Shown: piece by piece, positions 39,301 through 51,700 of the stretch
How the letters are laid out: the number at the start of each line of letters is the position of its first letter
How positions within the stretch are numbered: position 1 is the stretch's first letter
Assembly (NCBI GenBank): GCA_001643675.2
Contig: LSRY02000031.1
Coordinates: forward strand, 1,135,393 to 1,199,392
Direction: 5' to 3'
Length of the DNA: 64,000 nt
Source of the DNA: Monocercomonoides exilis PA203
Lineage: Eukaryota > Protista > Preaxostyla
Notes under the pieces: generated by a model
What the model was told of the DNA's origin: nothing
Database searches by the model: none
Seen by the model: only the letters and a program-made list of their open reading frames with translations
Translations under genes and position numbers: made by a program

Positions 39301-42300
39301 ACGGGATTATTGAAGTGAAGACGAGCGCCAGACTGAAGAAGTTGAGCATGACGGTTGGAGGGGCTCTGCCATCGACACAGCGAAGTGTGATTATTGTGAG
39401 CAATGCGAGAGCCAGCTGTGTGATTCAAGATTCGTGGATTGGCCCGGAAAGCAGCGTTGGGGAGATTGGGTTTTCGATATTGGTTGTCGAAGCAGGGCAA
39501 TGCACAGCATCGGGCATTACTTTCGAGAAACTGGAGTTTAGTGATCGGGCGATGATTGGATGCTCAGGATCTGGGTCAAAGCTGATCATGAGTACTGTGA
39601 GGATTGAGAATGTGAAATGCAGGAACACAAACGGAGTGATGAATGTGGATGCGTCAGCAGAGCTGACTCTGAGCAACACGACAGTATTGGGGATGGAAAA
39701 TGGAGGCAACAGCGAGTCTGTGATTATTGGAAACCGAGCTCGGCTGGTGATGATAAGCGGGGTGAGTGTGAGTGGTGTTGGGTTGGAAGCAGGAAACGGC
39801 GGGGTGGTGAAAGGAACAATCGGGAGCGGACAGAGGCTGTGTGTGGAAAACAGCAGTGTGAATGGGGAGTGCATGAAAGGGAATGGTGGAGGGATGGAGC
39901 TGAGGCTGGAGAAAGGAGGAGTGGTTGAGATTGGGATGAGTGAGAATGTGGCATTTGCGGGATGTCGGGCTGTTGCTGCGGCAGGAGCCGGAGGGTTTGG
40001 AGGAGGGATGCATGTTGTGCTTGCTGGTACAGCAGATGATTTTGTGGTGAAGAAAGCAGAGTTCACAGGATGCAGCGCAAGCAGGAAGGGGAGCGGGATG
40101 TTTGTGAAGGCGCCTCTGCTGTCAAAAGTGATCAACAGCACAACAATCGGGTTTGGGCCTGACCTTGGGGATGAAGAAGGGCTTGCTGGGGTTGAAGGGG
40201 GCGATGAGTCGTTTTATGTGCCGTTGGTGCTGTATCTGCGGGGAGAACCAGATGTGGTTGCAGTTGGAGGAGGGAATGCGAAGGATTTTGATCGGTGTGG
40301 GTATTCGGGCTATCCGTGCCAGACAATGGATTTCGCATTGGACAGGTGGCAGCAAGACAGAGGTTTGACATGTGTGGTCGACAGGTCGACGAGTCTGTCA
40401 TGCGAGGTTGGTTTTCGAAAGGGGAGGTTCAGCATTGAAGGGAAAGAGCAGAAAGCGGTATTTGTGGTGAATGAGAACTCGGAAAAGGCTCAAGAAGGGA
40501 TGATTGAGCAGAGTGCAGAAGAGACCAACATGAGCAGGATGGAGTTTAGTATGCCACAGCAACTGAATGGCCGAGTGGCGCTGGCAAAGTGCATTGAAGG
40601 GTTGATGAGGGTTATGGAGTGCAGTGTGAGTGTTCGGCTGTCGACGAACATTGAGTTTTCAGTTTTTGTTGTTTCAGGAGGAGAACTTGGGCTAGTGGGT
40701 TTTAGGGTTGATGATGTGATGTTTTCAGGAGGATGGATGGTGAGGGTGATGGGGATGGGAATTGGATCAATGAAGGGATGCGAGGTCATTGATGTGCAGA
40801 GCGCAGAAAGCAAGGAATTATTAGAAGTGAGGGATGGAGGGGTGATGAGAGTGGAGAACACAACTATGGAAGGTGTGGCGGATAGTTTTGGATCGGCAAT
40901 AAGTGACAAGAAAGGAAAGGAGGTTTCAGTGAAGAACAGTTCTATATGTGGGATGTGGAAGGCAGAAGGGAATGGAGGGATGATAGAAGGAGAAATAGAA
41001 AATGGAATGAGGATTGAAGTGAGTGGGGTGAGGGTGAGGAACTGTGGAAGCAAAGCGGGATGTGGCGGGGGGATGAGGATTGTTTTGAAGGGGAGTGGAG
41101 AGTTTGAGTGCAGCAAAATGGAGGGGTTGAGTGAAGAGGAAATGAGGATTGCGGAGTGTGGGGCAGAAGGGAGTGGAGCGAACGAAGGGTGCGGAGGAGG
41201 ATTGATGATTGAGTGTGTGGAAGGAGGAAGTGGCTTCGCCTTGAAGAGTGTAGTGTTTGGAGTTGGAGAGGAAGAAAACAAAGCGAGCAGGGGAGGGAAG
41301 AATGTGTTTGTGAAAGGAGAAGGTCTTCGGGGGCTTGTGAATGTGGAATCATTTGGGTTTGAGTTCATGAAGGAGGTTGGGGGAACAGACCTGAAGGAGT
41401 TAGAAGGATGCGAGGATGGCTTGGAAGGGATAGTGATTCCGCTGGTAATGCTGTTTCGAGAGGCGCCGGAGCGATGCTATGTGGGCGAAGATGGAGAAGA
41501 CACATACGAATGTGGATTCAAGGATTATATGTGCGAAACAATAGAATACGGGGCAGAGCAGCGTTTTGGTGGGAAGAAAGCAATGATGAGGCTGGACAGG
41601 TCGTTTGTGATAAGAAATCGGATAGTGGTTACTGAGCAGGAGATGGAAGTTGATGGGGAAGTGAACGGGTCAGTGATTGCAGTTGAAGGAAGCAAAGGGG
41701 ATTCAGGAGATGGAGTGATTCTGATTGAGAATGCAGCAGTATTTACTGGCCTTCAGTTTTCTGTTGGAGAGCTGTCTGATGTGCCACGAAAGTGCCTGTT
41801 TGAGTGCAGTGGAGGGGAGTTGGCCCTGACAGATTGCTCGATTAACGCTCAGTCAGGAGAAGGCTTGGGAATGGTTGAATGTGCGAATGGAGGAAAAGTG
41901 AATGTCATGAGACTTCGACTTTGCGATGTGGAATTAGGATCGGTGGGAGCAATTGAGGTGAAGGGAAACGGGAGCACAGGAGTTATTGAGTGGAGTGTCT
42001 TTGAAGATGTTAAGACGAGAGGAAAGGAAGGGGTGATAGTTGCGGAAGAGGGTGGACATGTGGAAGTGATGAACAGTTCAGTGAATTGGTCTTCATTTGG
42101 GGACAACAGTGGTGTGCATGTCAGCGAAGGAGCATCAGGGATAATTGTAAAGTGCAACATGAGCGAGCTGAGGAGGGAAAACAGGGATGGAGGAGGAGTG
42201 AGTGGGGTTGCAGGAGATGGAAAGAAGATAGAGGTGAGAGAATGCGAGTTTTTTGATGTGAAGTGCTTGAGAGATATGGGAAAAGGAGGGAGTGTGAGTG

Positions 42301-45300
42301 TGAGAGTGAGGGGAGGAGGAGCACTGGAGTTTGAGGGGAATAGCGTTGGAAAGAGCATGGTGAATGAAGAAAGCGGCGTTGGAGGAGGGGTGTATGTGAA
42401 GTTTGATTCGGAGGAAGGGGTGTACTGGATGAGATACGACAGATTTGAGGAGAACAAGGCGAGTGTGGGAAGAGATGTGTATTTTGAGTGTGTGGGTGCA
42501 AGCAAGATGTTGAAGCAGATGCGATGGGTGGACACGGCTGATGAGGACGAAGAGGAGGAAGAGAAGCAGCGGCTGTGGGTGTATGACAGGAGCAACGAGC
42601 CAGTAATCAATGTGACGATGTTTGCGTTTCTGTTTCCGGCTGGTGCAGACATACTGTTTGTGGATAAAGGCGGGACCAATTTTGAGGAGTGCGGAATACA
42701 GGCAACGCCGTGCAAAGATGTGTCGTTTGGGTTTGAGAAGCTGGGAAGCACGCGAACAACGATACGGATTGTGGAATCGGCAGCTGGGAAGAGCGAGATG
42801 AGACAGAAGGATGAATCGTTGACTCTGCAAGGGAAGAACAAAGCCGAAGTTGCAACTGTTCTTCGGATGGAAGAAAATGGGGGCTTTGTTGTTGAGGGGA
42901 GCAGAAAGATGGAGCTGAGTGTCCAAAGACTGCAGGTGGTTGTCTGTGTTTCTTGGGCGAAAGAAGCTGTGTTTGGAGTTGGAGGAAAGGGGGCAGTTTC
43001 TGTGCAGAATTGTTCAATCTGCGGAGAATTGGGATCAACTTTAAGTGGAGTGGGGAATGGATGGATTGGGAAAGGAAGTGGAGGGGAGATAAGTTTTGTA
43101 TCGGTGAATTTTGAGCAAATGGAATTGGGAGCAGGATGCGGAGTGGCAGAGATGAAAGATGGAAAACTAATTGTGGAGAAGTCTAACATGAGTGGGCTGT
43201 GCGGGAGCGTGGGAGGGTTGATCTGCGGGAGGGGAGAGAGCGATGTGAGTATTCGGGAGACAAATGTGAAGGGATGCAGAGTGTTCGGTGGAAGTGTGGC
43301 AAGAATGAGTGGTGTGTCGCAGATAAAGGTGTGGCAGGGAAGTTTGATTGAAGAGTGCAGGTCCGATGAGAACATGGATGGAGGTGGGATGTGGTGTGAG
43401 CTTGTTGGAGAAAGCGAGGTGATGATAGAGGATTGCAGGTTTTGCAAGTGCATGCTGACGAAAGATAATGGAAGAGGGGGAGGAGTGTTTTTGGATTTGC
43501 AAGAGAGTGCAAGCAATAATTTTGCGTTCAAAAGAGTGACATTTGAGGGGAACACAGGAGCCAAAGGAGAAGATGTGTTTGTTGTGAGCAAATCCTTGAA
43601 TGAATCGATCATAGCAGATCGCTTTGTTGATGTATCTGGGGCTGAGGAGGGTTCTGTCCGGGCAAAGATTGCAGGAATAGACAGTGAGTTTTTTGTGGAA
43701 GAGGCGATTGATCTGTATGAGTTTCTTGTTGAGCGCAGGTTGGGAGAGATCAGAGTTGGAGAGAAAGGATACGACTTTGCAGGGTGTGGAACAGACAAGT
43801 ATCAGTGCAAAACACTATGGAGAGGATACAGAAACATTGATGGATTGGCAGCGAAAAAGAGGCTGTTGATGGATGGAGAAGTGTATGCAGAAGAAAGCTA
43901 CGATCTTTCATCATTTGAAGTGAGTTCGATGCAGGACCAGGAGGAGTCTTGTGTTCGGATTCAATTGAAAAATGGAGAAGGGGTGAACGAATGTGTGTTT
44001 GGATCGTCCACAGTGCTGGAGATGAAGTGGATTGTGTTCAAATATGAGGAGTCATTGGAAGCGGGAGCGGGATGTTTGGTGTATTCCAGTGGCAGCAAGC
44101 TGACTTTGAATCGAAGCCGATTTGAGAATATGACAAGAGGAAATGTGAAGGTGACGTTGGTGAAGTGTTCGAGTGGAGTAGTGATGATGGAAGAATGCGA
44201 AGTGTTGTGCCAGGAGTTTGAGAGTGTTCCGTTTGCGCTTTGGAGCGGAGCGGAAATAGAAGGGTGTGTATTTGATGGTTTGAGAACGCGAAAGAGCATG
44301 AAAGGTGGGGCGATATATGCAGTGCTTGGAAAGGATGGGGTGTTGAAGATGGAAAACAACACGATAGCGAGAAGTGAGTGCTCGAGGAGCGCAGGGAGAG
44401 GAGGAGGGGTGTATGTGGACAGTTTGGAGAGTGAAGCTGAAAAGCCATTTGAGTTTTGCAGAGTGCTGAAACTGGAAGGGAACGAAGCAGCAAGAGGGAA
44501 GAACATGTTCATTGCAGGCAAAGACCTGAATAAAAGTGTGAACAGAGCATCGTTTGGGTTTGAGTATGAGTTAGCTTTGGAAGACAGGAATCTGTTTGCA
44601 GGAAGAGAAGCAGAATCAAAAGAGACGGATCTGATGCGCTATCTGGTGAAATACACAAGCTGGGAGATTCATGTGTCTTCTGGAGGATGGGATGTGGAGC
44701 GGTGCGGATTCGAGGAAGATCCGTGCAAAACGTTCTGGAAAGGGATGGAGCATGTGGAGGCGCTGGTGCCGGAAAAGAAAATTGTTGTCAAAGGAGAAAC
44801 TATTATTGCAGATGGATTTGATGTGACCAACTTCAGGATCTGTTCAGAAGGGCAGGAAACTGGAGAGCAGATGCACTCGATGCTTATTTTTGAGGAGAAA
44901 AACGAGCAGTGTGGAAACACTTCGCTGTTCAACAGAGGAACGTTAGAACTGGCACAGATAGACGTGACTGTGGGTGAACAGTTTGAGAATGAGGAAAAGG
45001 CGATCATTGTCAGTGAAGGAAAGATACTGCGCATGCAAGAATGTGACTTGAAGTCGAAGGCCATATTTTCTGAAGCAGGAGATTATTCGTTTGTTGTAAT
45101 GAAAAGCGGAGGAATTGATGTGGATAGAGTGAGTGTGAAGCAGACGAATGTGATTCGCAGCGTATTTGTGATCTGCACTGGGAGCGGTGAAGGCGAGATG
45201 GGTGAGGATGGGATGATTGGGGTACGAATCAATAGGCTCGATGTCGGTTCAGTGAACATTAGCAGCGGATGTGTGGTGGATGTTGTGTGGGTGGCAGCAG

Positions 45301-48300
45301 AGAGAGGAAATGGAAGAAGCAAAGATGCATTGAGTATTATGGTGAACGGGTCAGAGTTCAGAGAAATTGCAGGGAAAAAGAACGGGGCTGGAGTGATGCG
45401 CTCGACTACAGAAGGGTCAAGAGGGATTGGGATAGAGATGAATGAGAGTGTGTTTGTGGGGTGCAAGGCAAGTGAGTCTGAGCGAGGAGGGGTGATGGAA
45501 GTGGGGCTGAATGTTGGAGGATGGTACGAGGTGAGGAAGTGTGGGATTGAGCAGTGCAGCTGCTCGACAGAAAGGGGAAAAGGAGGGGGTGTGCATTTGC
45601 ATTCATCGGTGCAAACAGGACTGGACTTTCTGTTCCAAGATTCGGTGTTCGTTTCGAACTCAGCGCACATTGGGCGAGACATTTTCATCCTGTGCTTCAG
45701 CATTGCATCCCAGATCAACGAGACGCAGTTCCGGTTTGATCTGCGGGAGTCGCATTACAGCCGGCTGAATGCAGTATATGGGATGGATGAGACAGAGTAT
45801 TTTGCAGAGGCAGTGGACTTGATGGGCTTCATTGTGGTGTATCAATCAGACATAATATTTGTATCGAGCAAAGAAGGAGAGAGAGGCGAAGACACAAAGA
45901 AGTGTGGGATTCTGACACTACCGTGTGCAACACTGGGATATGGGATGGAGCATCTTGCGTTTGAGTACAAGAGCCAGCTTGTGGTGATTGAGGAAGGGAA
46001 AGTGGACAGCGAGATTGATCTGTTCAATGTGAGTGTGACATCTCGATCGTTTGAAGAAGCGGTTGTGAGAGTGGAATTATTTGGAAGGAGCAGCAGAAGG
46101 AGTGTTATTGAGTGTTCAGAATCAGTGACGTTTGCACTGCTTCATTTTGTGTTTGGAGAAAGCACAACAACAGATCACAGCAGCTTCATAAGGAGCGAAA
46201 ATGGGATAACGCGAGTGTCGAATTGCTCATTCAGCAGCATGACAGAAGGAGGTGGGCCGGCTGATGTGCTGTGGCCGCTTGCTGAGGCTGTTTGTGGGGA
46301 GGTTGTATGGGAGAGTGTTGTTGTAAACAATCTGAACTTTCAGAGAGGCATCATTTGGGCAAGCACGATGGCAAGAGTGGTGTGCGACCATGTATCCATC
46401 AGGGATATAGGATTGGGAAAAGAGGGCTTGTTTGATGTGAAAGGGGCAGGAAATGATTTGAACATGGATGAAAAGACGAATGGGGTGCTGGCTGTGAGTC
46501 TTTCGTCAGCAATGAATGTGAGCAGTTTGAGCAACGCCTCTGAGGCACTGATACAGAGTGCATCAAGTGAGGTGTGCATAAGCATGTTCAATTGCACATT
46601 CTCAGATTGCAGATCGGTATTGGAGAAGGGGAGCATGATGAAAGTGGCTTCTTGCTCAGATGTGAGTTTGGACTCATGCCTATTTGATGGAATGAGCAAA
46701 GAAGAGGATGACCATAACAGATGGAACGGCTTCGAAAACGCTATGGAGCTGTGCAGATGGAACGGGTCGCTGATTGATGTGGCAGGATGTGAAACAGCAA
46801 TGAAGTACACCACGATATGGAATTCATGGAAAGGCGGACTGTCCGTATCTGGAGGGAAAACAACAATAGAGAAAGGAGAGTTTGCGAACAACACTGGGCT
46901 TGCGGAGAAGTATCCCTCGCTTCGAAGAAACGCATTGTGTTCTGGAGGAGGGGAGCTGAATGTTGCGAGCTTGAAAGGAGGGGATGGGATAAAAGATAAT
47001 GGCTCGCTATGGTTTTTGAATGAGGGATGTGAGCTTGGCGGAATTGCTTCTGAAAGACTATCAGCATTGTTTATTCCCATATTGAATTCTGTGGAGACAG
47101 AAAGGTCGGGGAGTGATCTGAGCCTGAGATTCAAAGGGCTGCTTCTTCTTCCGTGCAACTTGTCTTTTCGGCTTATTTCGAGTGCCGGAAGTGCAGAATC
47201 TGTGGAGACATATGAGCTTGAAGAAAACGAATTTGTGTCTGAGTCCGAGGTTTGCACATTCATATCATTGGCAAAGATTGAAGCTGCAACAGAAGAAGAA
47301 GAAGTGTTTGTGGCGATTGCATTTGGAAATCATTCATCAGCAAGCTCCACAGAACGCTTCATAGTGAAGAATAGAAGCAAGTCTGAGGCAAGTGGAAATG
47401 ATAAAAGTGTAGAGGGAGGAAAGGAAGGAAAATTTTCATGGGTTTTGATTGTTTGCATTGTAATTGTGGTAATACTGTTAATAGTATCAATAATATTCAT
47501 TGTTCGATGGAAGAAGGTGAAGAATGAAGCAGAAGATCTGAGAGAAATTGTAAACGACAACATCAGAAAGGATCCGAAGGCATTTGAAATGGTGACAATG
47601 GAGATGTCACCCGAGGAGCAATGGAGGAGAGCAGAGAGGGAGGCAGAAAAGAAGAATGAAGAAAGAATAAAGAAGAGGGTGTATGAAAAGACAATGGAGC
47701 ATTCAGAGTCATCGGAGCATTTGTTGAGTGAGAGTGGATCAACTGAATACATTCTGGGAAGAGATTCAGATAAGATTCCCGAATGGGCACTGGAAAAAGT
47801 TGACGAGAAGGAAGAAGAGGAAACAAGGAAAATAACACCATCACCTTCCATTTCATCCATTTCGTCCACAGACACTTCAGACACAGATTCTTCTTTTATT
47901 CATGGGGAGGATCTGTGCCCAACCACCCTCATCGATGTCGAATCTGGTGGATGCAATGGCATGCTCATGTCCATACGAGAAACTGATTGTGGATTTGAGG
48001 GATTCGCTGTTTATGTTGTTGCACGGGCTGAATAAGACAAAAGAGATGGCGATTGGCACACCAAAGGAGAGGGAGATGACAGGTGCTCAGATTCTGTTCT
48101 GGGTTGCGAATGGGGCACTCCATTCATTTGATGAGATGGAAAATCCACTTCAATCATTGACAAATCTGAGTCCACACATTGTGTTGTTCTCAGAGCACAT
48201 GGTGATCACAGTTGCAATGCACTCAGATTGCTCTTCTTCATCCGATGACTCTGATTCTTCATCAATCTCTTCATCAACCATTGTCACCTCTTCCTCTGAC

Positions 48301-48786
48301 ATTTCATTGATGAGCAGGAGAGGAAGAGACTCGCCACCACCTTCATCTGCGTTTGAGGATGATGAAGACAATCGATATGAATGTTTGCGGTGGAAGGCAC
48401 CAGAGCTGCTGAATGGAATCAAGAAGCATGCCACAAAGAAAACAGTTGCGTTTTCAATAGGGATGATGCTCTGGGAGTGCTTGACTCTGAATGTTCCGTT
48501 TGGGGAATATGAGGCAGCGGTAGCTGGGCAGAAGATTGCTAATGGAGAAAGGCCAAACACAGAAATGATTCGAAGCTCCAAATTGTTTGGCGCAGTTAGG
48601 GCATGCCTGTCGCAAGAGGCAAAACAAAGATTGCAGCTGGGTGATTTGAAGAGAGAGTTTTTCCAACTGTTTCCGGCCGGAGCCACAATAATGACGATGA
48701 GTGATGCGATCATCGATGAAGAAGTGTCTGGAGTTATCGAGAGCAAAAGCGGCAAGGGCAGGATGAATGCAGATCAAAAGATATAA
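36309..48786 (+). CDS. Giant type I membrane protein (about 4158 aa): beta-helix/Pmp-like ectodomain, single TM, degenerate TKL-type pseudokinase; one +1 frameshift at 47926-47928
   Basis: Signal peptide, GGAI/FxxC-type repeats, 8 Cys modules, TM FSWVLIVCIVIVVILLIVSIIFIV at about 47432-47505, C-terminal RWKAPELL...FSIGMMLWECLTLNVPF. The inverted copy reads through the frameshift site in frame (CPTTSSMSNL). Confidence 0.85.
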
Positions 48787-51700
48787 GACAGGCACAAGGG
48801 ATTACTATCATCAAGCAAAAGAACCGTTCAATTGGAATGTGAAAGTCAAGTCAACTGGCTTTTGGAACTGAGATCGATTTTTTTTAGTCATCCACACTAC
48901 AGCAAAGGCAGCAACAGTAAAAACAAAAGAATAAGAGCTTATTTCAGATATTGAAATATAATAATTGATCGAATCGCATTCTAAGAGAAAGAGAGAAAGA
49001 AAATATGTATTGATTTATCTTCGAGATTTTTTTCTTTTCTTTTCATTTTCCAAATAATGTTGATTTTTTTAAAAAAAAAAATAAACAACGCTAAAAAGAA
49101 CCTTGTGCAAAAGCACTTTTCATTTCATAACAACAACAACAGAAATTTAATGTTTCAATGTTTTTTTATTTTTTCACCTTCATAATTGTCCATTGACTGA
49201 TGGCTGAAAAATACATTAAAAAAAGTCACCAATGATTGAAATCTACCTTGACTTGGCTTGCACAACTTTGTTGAAGTGTTTTTTAAACATCCACAAATGA
49301 GTTATGAATGATGCCAAATAATACTTGATAGCTGCCATTTTCGAAAATAGAGAATTTTACAGGCAATGCTTCAACCATTTATTATTTGTGATAATGTTCA
49401 GGGCTGCCATCAAGTCTTGTGTTCACTCTTTTTTTATTAATTAAAAATTAGTAATTTCTCGTTGAAAATAGATTTTTATTTAAAAAAATTCAAAACAAGA
49501 ATCAATTTAACGAATCATCTTTCTTTTCTTTGTTATTTTTGCGTTTCATCATTCTCTTTATCAAAAATTTTTATCAAAAAAATATTCAATTTGATCTCGT
49601 TCTTTTTTTCTTTTTCTTTCTTTTTTTTTAAATTACCTCTCAACCATTTGTTCAATTTTTATTTATTTCTTTTCTTTTCTTTTCCTTTCCATTTCCTCAT
49701 TTCGCTTCAAATGCGCTTCACAATTGTTTATCAGTTATTTTTCTGGATTTGACGGACAAATAAAATAAAATTTGTTTCTGAACGAAGAAAGAGGATATTT
49801 TGAAATTATCAATATTTTTCGAAGAAATGGACTAAAATAATTGCGGAAAACACAACTGCACATGAAATCATTTTTTCATAGCAAATTATGTTGTTAAAGT
49901 GTAAATGGAATATGGAAGAAAACTTCATGTGAGTCTCTATCTATCTTTCTTTCTTTTTCTTTCGCTGAATAAGAGTACGATTATAGAACGTTAAATAATG
50001 ATGGCAGAGAAGCTTTGAGTATTTCAAATACTCCTCTGCCAAGAAGTTGGAGAAAGTGATTGTCGTGAGGAATAAATGCGACAATATCGATATTAATTTC
50101 ACTGAATGATTTGCAAATAGACGGAACTCCACATGAAGAATGTGAATAGATGAGAAAAGGAGATTTTTCTATTTGGAACGAAATTTATTGCTTTAAAAAT
50201 TTTATTCCATTGTCCTCTAACAAATATTTTTCTCAATTTTTGGATTTTTCTGTTATAATTTGCATAGTTTCGTTTGATTTATAATGAAATGAATGTGTGA
50301 AAAGTTTGGAACAAATCTCAGTTTTTTTCATAATTGCAAAAATTTCGTCCCATTTCTTATGATAGAGTCGAATTTTTAATGGGACATTATTTTTTGACTC
50401 GTATTTTTTTTTATTTTTGCTTGCCAACTTCTGAAAAGAAGTGAATGGCTTTCAGCTCTTTTATAAACTTTTATAAACAAGTTCAATTCATTTTATTCAG
50501 TGTTTATTTTTTATTTTTATTTTTATTTTTATTTTTTTGATAATTTAAAAAGGATTTTTTCCAGCTTACTGATCATCGCACAAGAAATCAATCACTTGTT
50601 TCATATGTCTAAATTTATTTGAAAAGTTCCTTTTGCTTAATTTTTAAATAAAAATATAAATTTATATTTCGATCACATTTCAGTTCTCTCTATTGAAACT
50701 TCACAAAAATAGAAATAATACAATTGTCAAGATTTTGTTTTCATGACGTAGAAATTTGGTGAGTGGAAACAGTGATTTGATCGAAATATAGCTGATCCTT
50801 TTTGAAATCATATTTTTTCTCTAAAAATATTTGGTTTGAAAATTTGTTTTGCATATTTGTCAGTGAACTTATAAAAGTGATAACACTGTTTTCAAAAAAA
50901 AATTTCGTTAATGCATTTTAAAAATGTGCTTCATTAAACAATTGCAACTTATTAAATACTGGAATGATAACATTCAATTCATTGACAAACGAAAATTAAA
51001 AATTCGAAACCCCGAAATAAGTTATTACAACAAAAATAATCACTCATATGAATTTTTAATTTTATTTGAAAATTAAGCAAAAGGAACTTTTCAAATAAAT
51101 TTAGACATATGAAACAAGTGATTGATTTCTTGTGCGATGATCAGTAAGCTGGAAAAAATCCTTTTTAAATTATCAAAAAAATAAAAATAAAAATAAAAAT
51201 AAAAAATAAACACTGAATAAAATGAATTGAACTTGTTTATAAAAGTTTATAAAAGAGCTGAAAGCCATTCACTTCTTTTCAGAAGTTGGCAAGCAAAAAT
51301 AAAAAAAAATACGAGTCAAAAAATAATGTCCCATTAAAAATTCGACTCTATCATAAGAAATGGGACGAAATTTTTGCAATTATGAAAAAAACTGAGATTT
51401 GTTCCAAACTTTTCACACATTCATTTCATTATAAATCAAACGAAACTATGCAAATTATAACAGAAAAATCCAAAAATTGAGAAAAATATTTGTTAGAGGA
51501 CAATGGAATAAAATTTTTAAAGCAATAAATTTCGTTCCAAATAGAAAAATCTCCTTTTCTCATCTATTCACATTCTTCATGTGGAGTTCCGTCTATTTGC
51601 AAATCATTCAGTGAAATTAATATCGATATTGTCGCATTTATTCCTCACGACAATCACTTTCTCCAACTTCTTGGCAGAGGAGTATTTGAAATACTCAAAG

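Noticed and set aside
38043-47884. Long Pro/Ser-rich minus-strand ORFs (up to 649 aa) and their plus-strand mirrors at 53-63 kb
   Set aside because: Shadows of the G-rich giant gene; codon bias depletes antisense stops.
49998-50105. Possible C/D box snoRNA (ATGATGG ... CTGA)
   Set aside because: Box C imperfect, no terminal stem, no rRNA complementarity that I can verify.
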